Sequence record: KT895374.1
Length of the DNA: 64,000 nucleotides
Strand: one strand, 5' to 3'
A program made the position numbers and the translations under genes. The stretch's first letter is position 1. Every line of letters begins with the position of its first letter. Below are positions 10,388 through 20,247 of the stretch, piece after piece. The notes beneath the pieces were generated by a model. That model made no database searches. It had not been told where the DNA came from and saw nothing but the letters and a program-made list of their open reading frames with translations.

Positions 10388-10753
10388 ATGACTATTTTAA
10401 AAAGACAAGTACCGACTTCTGAAGAAATCAAAGAAATGACTATTAAGATTCTTAATAAAACTTTAAATGTACTTAGAGAAAATAAAGACCATAAATTAAA
10501 GAAATTTTTGTCTACAGATAAAGTTAAAAAAATTAGATGGAAAATCAAAAGTAACTATACTCTAACTGAGGATGAAGAAAATCTACTAGTAATTATTCTT
10601 GAAAGATATTGTATTGGACATGATTACGGTGATGTGCCTATTATGGAGCATGAAGAACCTCTCTTTAGTTTAATTAAAAATATTTCTAATATATATTATA
10701 TCATTGAAACATACACTAATTTAACACCTTTAGAAGAAAAAAGTATTATTTAA
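10388..10753 (+). CDS. hypothetical protein
   Basis: 121-aa ORF, AGGGG SD. Confidence 0.55.
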   Translation: MTILKRQVPTSEEIKEMTIKILNKTLNVLRENKDHKLKKFLSTDKVKKIRWKIKSNYTLTEDEENLLVIILERYCIGHDYGDVPIMEHEEPLFSLIKNISNIYYIIETYTNLTPLEEKSII

Positions 10754-10771
10754 GGATGTGATTTAAATTAT

Positions 10772-10966
10772 ATGATTAAATTACTTATAGAACTGGGTGA
10801 TGAAGAAAATATTGATAATATTAGTAAAAATTATAGTATTGAATTTTATTCTTATCTATCAAACATTGCAGTAATTAGTCTAGAAGAAAAAGAAATAAAA
10901 GATATTCATAGTAAGATCAATATAAACTACTATGAAACAGAAAAGGGAAAGAGGTTTTTTAAATGA
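10772..10966 (+). CDS. small hypothetical protein
   Basis: 64-aa ORF, AAGGA SD. Confidence 0.5.
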   Translation: MIKLLIELGDEENIDNISKNYSIEFYSYLSNIAVISLEEKEIKDIHSKININYYETEKGKRFFK

Positions 10967-11127
10967 AAGAAATTCATTCAGATCTTTTTAAACTCCAACA
11001 ATATTTACTTAGTGTGGCAAAAACTCATGGTAAGGGTGATGAAACTAAATTAAGTAAAGATATTTATAAAGCTATGGATGATATTGATAAAATAAGAGAA
11101 AAATTAATAGAGAATGAAGAAAAATGA
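10963..11127 (+). CDS. small helical protein (54 aa, not in ORF track)
   Basis: MKEIHSDLFKLQQYLL...KLIENEEK; GAGGT SD and ATGA overlaps with both neighbours. Confidence 0.6.
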   Translation: MKEIHSDLFKLQQYLLSVAKTHGKGDETKLSKDIYKAMDDIDKIREKLIENEEK

Positions 11128-11513
11128 GTAAAGAAAAGAAAAAAGATATCATAGATCGTTTAGTGGTAGATTATATCAAGTATAAGGGTGAAGTAACGTA
11201 TACTGATATCAAAACATATGTAAATAGAAATATTAGAGACAGAGAAATTACTCCTGGAGATATTGGAAATTCTCTTAATAGGGTAATGAAAAGACATAAT
11301 ATAAAGAGAGTTTCACATGGTTTGTATACATACGAACCTACAGACAAAAAAGCCGAACAAAAAAGAAGATTTAAAATCATTGCAGACGAAACGATTGGGA
11401 AGTTATCTAGGCTTTCAGAGCAAATTCTTGAAGAAAAAGTTGATGAAAGAAACTATGTGGTAGAAAATAATATCAATCTTCTAATTAATTTATTAGAGGA
11501 TATGAAAAAGTAG
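11124..11513 (+). CDS. putative winged-helix DNA-binding protein
   Basis: EVTYTDIKTYV...ITPGDIGNSLNRVMKR..IKRVSHGLYTY wHTH-like pattern. Confidence 0.5.
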   Translation: MSKEKKKDIIDRLVVDYIKYKGEVTYTDIKTYVNRNIRDREITPGDIGNSLNRVMKRHNIKRVSHGLYTYEPTDKKAEQKRRFKIIADETIGKLSRLSEQILEEKVDERNYVVENNINLLINLLEDMKK

Positions 11514-11518
11514 TTTAT

Positions 11519-11550
11519 AAAGAAGGTGTATTCATACACCTTCTTTTTTT
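11519..11550 (+). terminator. intrinsic terminator
   Basis: AAGAAGGTGTA-ttca-TACACCTTCTT plus T-run. Confidence 0.85.
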
Positions 11551-11567
11551 ATAAGAAATAAATAAAT

Positions 11568-11580
11568 CTATATTATAAAA
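11568..11580 (+). promoter_or_regulatory. putative early promoter motif
   Basis: CTATATTATAAAA just after terminator and before six-gene array. Confidence 0.5.
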
Positions 11581-11614
11581 AAGATAAAATTATAAAAGGA
11601 GATAAAGGAAATAT

Positions 11615-12352
11615 ATGGACATTCAAGATTATGGTAAGATATTTAAGTATATGTTAGATAATTCTATAAAGGGAGGTCTTATATTTTCAGAAGTTTCAAA
11701 ATGGAAAGAATTTTATGAAAACTCGGAATTATTAGAATTATATAAAGACAAGGTTAATTGGCTGTCAGTAATTAAATATAATGAAGATTTTAATGAAACA
11801 ATGTTAAAAAAATATGAGGATTATGTCTTCACAGATTCTTATTGTGTCGCACATGTTTTTATTGATGAAAGAATTTCTGAAGATTTCTTTAAAGAAAAAC
11901 ATTTTAAAAGTCTAAATAGAGCTATTGATTATAGAATAGTTTTTACAGCGGATTCAAATAGAAGATTTTCTACTAAATTTTTAGAAGAAAATATCGATTT
12001 AATATTTAAGGATACTCCAATAAATAATGTTTCTGATATGAAAGATTTCATTAAAGAGCATAAATTTGAATTGAATATTAATATATTGAAAAAGCTAATA
12101 AAGATAAATCCGAAGATAACCGACATTATAATTAAAATGATAAAAACACTACCAGTAGATTTTCTAGAGGAGATTTTAAAAAGAGCAGGTTCAAAGAGAT
12201 GGGAATTGGTTGCTTTGCATCAAAAGATGGATGAAAAATTTATAATAGAATCACTAAAAAATAATAAATTTAAAATTAAATCAATTAAACTTAATAGACA
12301 AATTGAGAAAACTGACAAAATTAATGCTTTAATTGAGATGGATAGTTTATAA
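11615..12352 (+). CDS. paralog family 2 member (ends NALIEMDSL)
   Basis: shares YGKIFK, YKDKVNW, LPVDFL and W..V..HQKMDEKFI blocks with the next five ORFs. Confidence 0.7.
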   Translation: MDIQDYGKIFKYMLDNSIKGGLIFSEVSKWKEFYENSELLELYKDKVNWLSVIKYNEDFNETMLKKYEDYVFTDSYCVAHVFIDERISEDFFKEKHFKSLNRAIDYRIVFTADSNRRFSTKFLEENIDLIFKDTPINNVSDMKDFIKEHKFELNINILKKLIKINPKITDIIIKMIKTLPVDFLEEILKRAGSKRWELVALHQKMDEKFIIESLKNNKFKIKSIKLNRQIEKTDKINALIEMDSL

Positions 12353-12383
12353 TAAAAAAATAACTGTTAGGTGTTGAATTATT

Positions 12384-13268
12384 ATGATAACAGATTCAGA
12401 ATTAGGAATGTTGTTTAATGAAATTTTAGAAGATACAACAAATTATAATGATGAAATAATTTTAAGAGAGTTATCAAGAAGAAAAAACTTATATGAAAAT
12501 GATAAATTTTTAGAAAGATACGCAGATTTAATCTATTGGGATAAAGTATTAGAAGAATATCAAGATATGCCTATTTCTTTTGTAGAAAAATATAAAAAAT
12601 ATATATTCTCTACAGAAGAAAAAGAAGCTGAAAGACCTCCTCTTCTAATCTCTTTTCAACATAAAAACATCCCTGAAGAATACTTAGAGGAATATTTTGT
12701 TGATGAGAATGGATATATAATTTTTTTAACATTTACCGAACAAAGGGTTTTCAAATTTAGTTCAAAATTTATTGAAAGACATCTAGACCTTATAATCAAA
12801 ATATTAGAGGGCGAATTACCATATAACGGAGGACGTATGAAAGATTTTATAAGACTCTATGGAAATAAATTAACTCAAATTTCAGTTGATAAAATACTTA
12901 GAAAAAGACCAAAACTCTTAAATCAAATTTTAAAATATGTCCATTATCTACCGACAAAATTCCTAGATGAAATCAATAAGACTAGTCTAAGATGGAGTAT
13001 TTTATCAAAAAACCAAAGAATGAATGAAGAATTTATATTAAAAAATATAAAGAATATTGATATCAGTCATTTAATATATAATAGTCATATAGAAAGAAGT
13101 GATCTGATTGTAAGTCTAGAAGAAGAATATATCTTAAAAAATATAGATAATAAAGATTTTAGATATGACTTAATAGAAGGAACTTATAATGATGATCATT
13201 CTATATTATTATATCCTGTACATTTAACTGATAAAGTTAAAGCTATTCTTAAAATGTATGAACTATAG
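12384..13268 (+). CDS. paralog family 2 member (ends KVKAILKMYEL)
   Basis: shared family blocks. Confidence 0.7.
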   Translation: MITDSELGMLFNEILEDTTNYNDEIILRELSRRKNLYENDKFLERYADLIYWDKVLEEYQDMPISFVEKYKKYIFSTEEKEAERPPLLISFQHKNIPEEYLEEYFVDENGYIIFLTFTEQRVFKFSSKFIERHLDLIIKILEGELPYNGGRMKDFIRLYGNKLTQISVDKILRKRPKLLNQILKYVHYLPTKFLDEINKTSLRWSILSKNQRMNEEFILKNIKNIDISHLIYNSHIERSDLIVSLEEEYILKNIDNKDFRYDLIEGTYNDDHSILLYPVHLTDKVKAILKMYEL

Positions 13269-13277
13269 GAGGAAAAA

Positions 13278-14141
13278 ATGATTACTAATGAAGAATGTGG
13301 AGTTCTATTTAAGAAGGTAATAAATAGTGAAGAACTTGAACCTAGAGGAATTATTGATATTCTGTCAAGTAAAAAAGAAATACTTGAAAATGATAAATTT
13401 TTAGAAGAATTTGGCGATAAGCTTTCTTGGAATCAAATATTACATTATAAAAAAGACATCACAAATGAATTTATAGAAAAAAATGAAAAACATATATTTT
13501 CAGGAAATAGTCTTCATCATAATTCTCCTATAAGTATTGCTTTTAAGCATAAAGATATATCTGAAGTTTATTTAGAAAAATATTTTACAATAGAAAATCG
13601 AGAGCCAATTAGAATAGTTTTTGGCAACACTAGGAATGATAAATTTTCAGCTAAATTCATTGAAAGACATATTGATCTTATAATTGACTCTGTAGGGAGT
13701 GGTCTTTTAGGAAATTTTATTCAGCTATATAAAGGTAAGATTACTATAGTCTCATTGGATAGAATAATTAAGAGACGTCCAAGAATTTTACATACAATCT
13801 TAATGTGTGTAAATGATTTACCAGTAGAATTTTTAAATAAAATTAATAAAACTGAGACAAGATGGAGAACTATTGAAAATTTTCAAAGGATGGATGAAGA
13901 ATTTATTTTAAAAAATTTAGAAAAAGGTAAAATTGATATTGATCGTATTATAGTAAATCCTTATATTGAAAGAACAGAAAAAATATTAAAATTAGAAGAA
14001 AAATATATTTTAGAAAATATTAATGTTGAAAAATTTAGACATTACATTAAATCTGGATATAAAGGAGAATTGGAACTTGAGTATCTCCCAATTAAAAGAT
14101 CAGAAAAAGTTAAGAATGTACTTAAAATGTATGAATTGTAG
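13278..14141 (+). CDS. paralog family 2 member (ends KVKNVLKMYEL)
   Basis: shared family blocks; GGAGG SD. Confidence 0.7.
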   Translation: MITNEECGVLFKKVINSEELEPRGIIDILSSKKEILENDKFLEEFGDKLSWNQILHYKKDITNEFIEKNEKHIFSGNSLHHNSPISIAFKHKDISEVYLEKYFTIENREPIRIVFGNTRNDKFSAKFIERHIDLIIDSVGSGLLGNFIQLYKGKITIVSLDRIIKRRPRILHTILMCVNDLPVEFLNKINKTETRWRTIENFQRMDEEFILKNLEKGKIDIDRIIVNPYIERTEKILKLEEKYILENINVEKFRHYIKSGYKGELELEYLPIKRSEKVKNVLKMYEL

Positions 14142-14152
14142 GTGATTCTATA

Positions 14153-15001
14153 ATGGGTGAGCAAAATTATGAAGAATTATTTAGATATTTGTTAGATTAT
14201 GAGAAATCAAGATTTTATGACACAAAAGCATTATTTCGCTTTATATCAAGTAAAGAGATATTTTATAAAAATGAAAAATTTATGGAAGAATATAAAGATA
14301 AAATTCATTGGTCAACTTTATTAGAATATTACAAAGATATTCCAATTGATTTTATAGAAAAGTATAAGAATTACATCTTTAGTGCAAATTATGACCTTTC
14401 AAAAAATATGCCTTTATACTATGCTTTCAAGAATGGATCTATTCCTGATCATTATTTTGAAAGACATCATATAAATGCCTTGAGTGATTATGAAATTCGA
14501 GATATCTTTATTAATTTTGAAATTCAGGAATTAAGATCAAATTTTATAAATAAAAGTATAGATCTTATTATTGAGAGATTAAATTTTGAAGTGATTAAGA
14601 AAATGATATGGGTAAATTCTAAAATTTTTAATACTAGTTCATTAAATAAATTAATTAAAAAATTCCCTGATTTATTAGACGATATTCTAACTCATGTGAA
14701 TGAACTTTCTATTGAATTTTTAGATAGCATTTATAAAGATCGATTAACATGGATGCTTATTGGTGAAAATCAGAAAATGAATGAATCTTATATACTGGAG
14801 AATGTAGAAAATGGAAATTTAGATTTTAGATTCACACTAAATAATCATTTTATTGATAAGACTGAAAGAATTTTAGAAATGGAAGAAAAATTCATTTTAG
14901 AAAATTATTTTTCAGATAATAAAGAAATAACTATTGTATTAGACTCTGGAATCAAAAGAAGTAAAAAAATTAATACTTATATTAAAATGAAAGAATTATA
15001 A
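14153..15001 (+). CDS. paralog family 2 member (ends TYIKMKEL)
   Basis: shared family blocks. Confidence 0.7.
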   Translation: MGEQNYEELFRYLLDYEKSRFYDTKALFRFISSKEIFYKNEKFMEEYKDKIHWSTLLEYYKDIPIDFIEKYKNYIFSANYDLSKNMPLYYAFKNGSIPDHYFERHHINALSDYEIRDIFINFEIQELRSNFINKSIDLIIERLNFEVIKKMIWVNSKIFNTSSLNKLIKKFPDLLDDILTHVNELSIEFLDSIYKDRLTWMLIGENQKMNESYILENVENGNLDFRFTLNNHFIDKTERILEMEEKFILENYFSDNKEITIVLDSGIKRSKKINTYIKMKEL

Positions 15002-15002
15002 A

Positions 15003-15018
15003 ATATATATTATAAAAA
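15003..15018 (+). promoter_or_regulatory. putative early promoter motif
   Basis: ATATATATTATAAAAA in intergenic gap. Confidence 0.55.
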
Positions 15019-15054
15019 AGTATATGATATTTCAAGAGGAGGTTTAGAGTTTTA

Positions 15055-15981
15055 ATGGATAAAGATAAATATGGAAATTTATTTAAAATACTTCTAGATA
15101 ATAATATTAAGAAAGAAAATTACGATACAGACAATCAAAATTTATTTAGATATATATCTAAAATGGAAGAATTTTATAAAGATGAAGAATTTATGGGAGA
15201 ATATGCTGATCGAATTCATTGGGGGATTTTACTAATGAATTATACAGATATTCCTGATGAATTTGTGGAGAAGTATAAAAAATATATCTTTGCGCCAAGA
15301 TCACACAATAAATGGTATATCGACTATGAAGGGGAATATGGTTTTATATATCCCATTTATAGGGCTTTCATCCATAACAATGTATCAGAAAAATTTTTAG
15401 ATGATTATTTAAATAATCGTATTGATGTTGAAGAGAACTTTAAGATTGTTTGTTTGAATGCTCTTTCACTAGATCCAACTAGAGCCAATGAAAATCAAAA
15501 TAGAAGGGAATTCTCTAAGGAATTTATTGAAAAAAATGTGGAAACTATAATTAGTTATATTAATAAATATAAGGGTTCAGTAAATAACTTTTTAAGAATA
15601 AATAATAAAAGTTTTAATATGAATGCATTAGAAAAAATAATCAAAAGAAACCCTTTATATTTAAATTCAATATTAGCGAACATAAAAGATCTACCAGCGG
15701 ATTTTCTAAGAAAATGTATTAACACGAAAAAACGATGGGAGATCATATCCTACGAACAAAGTATGAGCGAGGATTTTGTTATCGAAAATATAGACCGTAT
15801 CACTATGAAAGGATTGATAAAAAATATTCATGTAAAACGGACTGAAAAAATTCTAAAGATTGAAGAAGATTATATTTTAAGAAACATAGAGGATAGGAAA
15901 TTAAGGGATATAATTCTCACTTATGAAGAAATTGAAAGAACTGAAAAAGTATTAGCTGCTGTTAAAATGTATGAACTATAA
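15055..15981 (+). CDS. paralog family 2 member (ends AAVKMYEL)
   Basis: shared family blocks; GAGGAGG SD. Confidence 0.7.
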   Translation: MDKDKYGNLFKILLDNNIKKENYDTDNQNLFRYISKMEEFYKDEEFMGEYADRIHWGILLMNYTDIPDEFVEKYKKYIFAPRSHNKWYIDYEGEYGFIYPIYRAFIHNNVSEKFLDDYLNNRIDVEENFKIVCLNALSLDPTRANENQNRREFSKEFIEKNVETIISYINKYKGSVNNFLRINNKSFNMNALEKIIKRNPLYLNSILANIKDLPADFLRKCINTKKRWEIISYEQSMSEDFVIENIDRITMKGLIKNIHVKRTEKILKIEEDYILRNIEDRKLRDIILTYEEIERTEKVLAAVKMYEL

Positions 15982-16001
15982 CTATAGAGGATTGAGAGTT
16001 T

Positions 16002-16925
16002 ATGAATGATAAAGAATACGGAAGATTATTTAAAACTTTATTAGATATTGAAAGCAAAGAAGAAGACAATAATAAACTAGTATTATTTAATAGAATATCT
16101 GAAATTGAGGAATTTTATCAAAATGAGGAATTTCTAGAGACCTATAAAGATAAAATTAATTGGGGAATTGTATTAATAAATTATAAACATATGCCAATTA
16201 AATTTATAGAAAGATTTAAGGATTATTTATTTTCTTATAAGTCATCTTTTGATGTTTCTCATGGTAATTTAAGACCTATATATAGAACTTTTCTCCATGA
16301 TAATGTTTCAGAAGATTTTTTAGAGGATTTAATCAATAGTAGTACGTCTCACTGGCAGTATCTAGAAGCTCTTGTATCAACGAATAGATCCCAGTACAGC
16401 TTAGATGTAAATCGAAGAGTTTTATCTGAAGCCTTCTTAGAAAGAAATTTGGAAAAGATAATTGAGAATATTGGAAAAACATCCACTATTGATGTGCGTG
16501 ACTTTATAGCAGTAAATTGTAAAAGTTTTAATATTAAAACAATATATAATTTAATTAGGTTATCACCAGAAAGTATCAAAACATTATTAATTTATAAAAA
16601 TGATTTACCCATAAGTTTTTTAGAGTATTTCTTAAAAAATTTTTCTGAGTTAAGTGACGAGTATAAATGGGGATTAATATCTGCTTATCAAAAAATGAGT
16701 GAAGAATTTATTTTTAATAATATAACAAATAAAAGTTACACTACCATAGGAAATTTTATACTTAACAAACATGTTGAAAGGACTGAGAAAATTCTAAAAT
16801 TAGAAGAAGAATTTATACTTAAAAATATAGATGATAATGATTTAAGAAATGCAGTAGTTGATTATCTTAAGGCTATTGAAAGAACTGAAAAAGTAATGAC
16901 TGCTATTAAAATGTATGAAATATAA
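16002..16925 (+). CDS. paralog family 2 member (ends TAIKMYEI)
   Basis: shared family blocks. Confidence 0.7.
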   Translation: MNDKEYGRLFKTLLDIESKEEDNNKLVLFNRISEIEEFYQNEEFLETYKDKINWGIVLINYKHMPIKFIERFKDYLFSYKSSFDVSHGNLRPIYRTFLHDNVSEDFLEDLINSSTSHWQYLEALVSTNRSQYSLDVNRRVLSEAFLERNLEKIIENIGKTSTIDVRDFIAVNCKSFNIKTIYNLIRLSPESIKTLLIYKNDLPISFLEYFLKNFSELSDEYKWGLISAYQKMSEEFIFNNITNKSYTTIGNFILNKHVERTEKILKLEEEFILKNIDDNDLRNAVVDYLKAIERTEKVMTAIKMYEI

Positions 16926-16951
16926 AATTAGGTAGAGGAGAATTAATTTAT

Positions 16952-17161
16952 ATGGCAATTATTAAACGAGACTATAATGAAGTACTAGTAGATAATATGA
17001 CACAATATTACGGTGAGGTTGTTAAATTCCGTGCAATTTTTAATGTACTAGATTCTTTAAAACCTATCCACCGTAGAATTCTTTTGGTAATGAATAATCA
17101 TAAATTTATTAATAGTAAACCACATGTTAAGTCTGCAAAAGTCACTGGGTTGGTCGTAGGT
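16952..17161 (+). CDS. gyrA: DNA gyrase subunit A, exon 1
   Basis: DSLKPIHRRIL...KSAKVTGLVVG matches GyrA N-terminus; frame breaks just before YHPHGD. Confidence 0.88.
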
Positions 17162-17524
17162 AATTAAGAGTTTTTACATTAAATTTAACTTAGTAAAAAT
17201 TCAATGCCGTCCTAGATAGTAATGTCTAGGATTATTATTGAGGTATAAAGCTGGAAGGGTTTAGTTATCCTAATCAGAACCGAAGGCTAGTTCTAAAAGG
17301 CTAGTCAGGGGCAACGCATAGGTATGTTGAAACTCATAATAATGAGAATATAATACAGGAAGAGAGAAACTTCTAACTCTATTAGACAGAGTTCCCACGA
17401 GACCTCAACTCCCTTTTTTAAGGGATGAAAAGATATGCTAGGCTGAATCGGAATTGACCGATTGATGAAAATGAGGGAAACCTCCAGAGGTTAAGATAAA
17501 AAGCTTAACGTTAATAACTAACCG
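17162..17524 (+). ncRNA. group I intron in gyrA (no ORF, ~363 nt)
   Basis: 5' exon ends in T, intron ends in G; P3 TTGAGGT(17238)/ACCTCAA(17402); P-like GCTGGAAG, Q-like AATCAGAACCGAAG; P7 CAACGCATA/AAGATATGC; removal restores GLVVG-EYHPHGD in frame. Confidence 0.85.
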
Positions 17525-19741
17525 GAATACCACCCACATGGCGATGCAAGTGTATATGATGCTTTAGTTAAAATGAACCAACCTTGGTATATGAATCACC
17601 CATTAATTGATAAGCATGGCAATTTCGGATCAGTCTATGGTGATGAAGCGGCTTCTCAAAGATATACAGAAGCGAGACTTTCTAAGTTTGCAGAAGATGT
17701 ACTTCTTTCAGATATGAGTAAAAGTACTGTAGATTTTATTCCTAACTTTGATAACACACTAGAGGAGCCTGTAGTTATGCCAGCAAAGCTCCCTTTAAAT
17801 CTAATTAACGGTAGTTTTGGTATCTCAGCAGGATTTGCCGCTAATATCCCACCTCATAATTTAAGAGAAGTAGTTAGTGAAACGATTAAATATATTGAAG
17901 ATGAAACTTATCAAATTAAATTGATGCCTGATTATCCTACTGGCGGCACTATTATTAATGGTAAAACCGTTGAAAAAGGTTATACAGAGGGTAATTCAAA
18001 AGTAGTTATTCAGTCGGATTTAGATATTGATGAGAAAAATCACAGATTAATTTTAAGATCAGTACCTTATATGAAATCATTAGATACTGTAGTTGAAAGT
18101 ATTCAAATTGCAAGTACTGATACTATTGTTAATGGTAAAAAAGTTCCAAAAGTTATTGAAGGTATTAAGAATATTAGAAATAAATCATCAAAAGGTAATA
18201 TTGAATTAATTATTGAAGTTAAAAAAGATTATGACCTTGATTTAATTAAAAATCAACTGTATGGATTTACTCACTGTCAGACAACTATTCCTTTCTCATT
18301 AATTGGCGTTAATGAAGGAGAATTTGAAGTTTATAAAAACGTTAATGAAATGGTTAAAGCTTGGTATGACTTTAGATCTGTTACTATTAGAAGAAAAATT
18401 ACTGAAAAAATTAAAAATTTAAAGTATAAAATTCATCTAAATAAAGGATTGCTAATTGCTCTCCATAAAAATAATATTGACCAAGTAATTAAAATTATTA
18501 GAGAAAGTTCTGATAAAAAGTCTATGATCCAGCAGTTTAAAGATCTATTCAATCTTGATGCAATTCAATCGGAATACATCATCAATTTAAAACTTTATCG
18601 TATTAATAATATTGAGGTAAAGGACTTAGAATCTGAAAATAATAAATTGGTGGATGAAGTAAATGATTTAGTACTCTATTTCAAAGAACCAAAGAGATTA
18701 AAAGATTTAATTATTAGTGAATTAAAAGAACTTTCTAAAAAATATGGTAAAGATAGAATTACAAAGATTTCTAATTCCCATGATCAAACAAAGAATGTAA
18801 AAGAGCAATTAATTCCTAATAGTAACCATACATTTATTTGTACTACTAAGTATATTAAGAAGTTAAAAGGTGACAACTTTAAGGTGCAGAAAAAAGGTGG
18901 AAAAGGGGTTGCCATTGGAAAATTAAAAGATGGTGATGTTCCATTAACAATTTTCAATGGGAATAATAAGGATAATCTTCTACTATTTACAGACAGTGGT
19001 AAAGTTTATTTAAGAAAAGGATATGAGATCTCTGGATGTGAATTACAAAACCTTGGATTTAGTTTAAGTTCTATTATTAAGGATGATAAACTTACCAACA
19101 TTATGGTATTAACTAATGAAGAAATGAATGATGATAATATTAGCATCCTGCTAGGTACAAAATTAAATAAAGTAAAGAAAGTTAATATCTCCGAATACAG
19201 AAATATTTCAAGTAATGGGATTATTGGTACAAAATTAAATGATGGAGATAATTTAATCTTTGCACAGAAGGTAAATAATAATACTGATAGTTCCTTAGTT
19301 GCAGTTACTAATTCTGGAACTACAATTAATGTATCGACTCATAATATTCCAGAAGTTTTAAGACCAACGTTTGGCAGTTCAATGTATGATAAGTCAGTAG
19401 TAGATAAGGGAGATCAAGTAGTATCTTATAGCTTAGTAACTGATGATGTTGAAACTTTATTCTTTATTACTAAGAATGGTCTTGGTAAAAGAGTAAAAAT
19501 TGAAGAATTCCCTGAACAGAATAGAGTTGGTAAAGGGAGAATTGGAATTAAAGTAAGAGAAGATGATTTTGTAGTGAAAGTTCTATCCTGTGATGATAAG
19601 GAAAACTTAAATATCATTTCAAATACAAATGTAATGTCTATTAACATTAATGATACTAGTATCCTTCTTAGACCAACATTTGGTAATACTATTAAAAAAT
19701 TAGGAAAAGATGAAGAAATCCTAGATGTGACTTTAGTTTAA
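17525..19741 (+). CDS. gyrA: DNA gyrase subunit A, exon 2 (spliced product ~808 aa)
   Basis: YHPHGDASVY, catalytic AASQRYTEARL, GyrA-box KVQKKGGKG, C-terminal beta-pinwheel repeats (ITKNGLGKRV, QNRVGKGRIG). Confidence 0.92.
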   Translation, partial: EYHPHGDASVYDALVKMNQPWYMNHPLIDKHGNFGSVYGDEAASQRYTEARLSKFAEDVLLSDMSKSTVDFIPNFDNTLEEPVVMPAKLPLNLINGSFGISAGFAANIPPHNLREVVSETIKYIEDETYQIKLMPDYPTGGTIINGKTVEKGYTEGNSKVVIQSDLDIDEKNHRLILRSVPYMKSLDTVVESIQIASTDTIVNGKKVPKVIEGIKNIRNKSSKGNIELIIEVKKDYDLDLIKNQLYGFTHCQTTIPFSLIGVNEGEFEVYKNVNEMVKAWYDFRSVTIRRKITEKIKNLKYKIHLNKGLLIALHKNNIDQVIKIIRESSDKKSMIQQFKDLFNLDAIQSEYIINLKLYRINNIEVKDLESENNKLVDEVNDLVLYFKEPKRLKDLIISELKELSKKYGKDRITKISNSHDQTKNVKEQLIPNSNHTFICTTKYIKKLKGDNFKVQKKGGKGVAIGKLKDGDVPLTIFNGNNKDNLLLFTDSGKVYLRKGYEISGCELQNLGFSLSSIIKDDKLTNIMVLTNEEMNDDNISILLGTKLNKVKKVNISEYRNISSNGIIGTKLNDGDNLIFAQKVNNNTDSSLVAVTNSGTTINVSTHNIPEVLRPTFGSSMYDKSVVDKGDQVVSYSLVTDDVETLFFITKNGLGKRVKIEEFPEQNRVGKGRIGIKVREDDFVVKVLSCDDKENLNIISNTNVMSININDTSILLRPTFGNTIKKLGKDEEILDVTLV

Positions 19742-19747
19742 AAATAA

Positions 19748-19786
19748 AAATATAGATACCTAATAAATAGGTATCTATATTTTTTT
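19748..19786 (+). terminator. intrinsic terminator
   Basis: AAATATAGATACCTA-ataaa-TAGGTATCTATATTT plus T-run. Confidence 0.85.
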
Positions 19787-19795
19787 AATGAAAGG

Positions 19796-20224
19796 ATGAA
19801 TAATTTGACTGGGGAATTTGAATTTAATGGTTTGAATTTTGATAGTATTAGTTTATATATTTCAGAGGAAAATAGTGTTTTAGAATATAAGTATAGTGAG
19901 GACACTAGCAAAATTCCTTTTACAGAAGATATAAGAGATATTTTAGTCAATTATTTTAAAGATACTGAAGGAAATGACTCCCTTGATAAGATAAGGAGAA
20001 TAATGAGTACTAGAAATTTATCAAAGTCCCTTAACAAATTTTTAAAATCTAAGGAATTGGAATTTTTAGAAATTGGTATAGAGTATATTTATTTTAATAG
20101 AGTTGATTTAAACATTAAAGGTAATAAATTAGGACTAGATATGATAATTATTTATAAAGAAAATGGAAAATATAAAGAGTTTATAGAAAAAGAAAAGATA
20201 AAAAACGATCTAAAAAAAATTTGA
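19796..20224 (+). CDS. hypothetical protein (ends KNDLKKI), head of family 3 array
   Basis: 142-aa ORF; true start may be TTG 19805. Confidence 0.6.
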   Translation: MNNLTGEFEFNGLNFDSISLYISEENSVLEYKYSEDTSKIPFTEDIRDILVNYFKDTEGNDSLDKIRRIMSTRNLSKSLNKFLKSKELEFLEIGIEYIYFNRVDLNIKGNKLGLDMIIIYKENGKYKEFIEKEKIKNDLKKI

Positions 20225-20247
20225 AATAAAAGAGGGGTTGTATTTAA

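Noticed and set aside
17525-19741. ParC (topoisomerase IV) assignment
   Set aside because: GyrA-box-like QKKGGKG and a full pinwheel CTD favour GyrA
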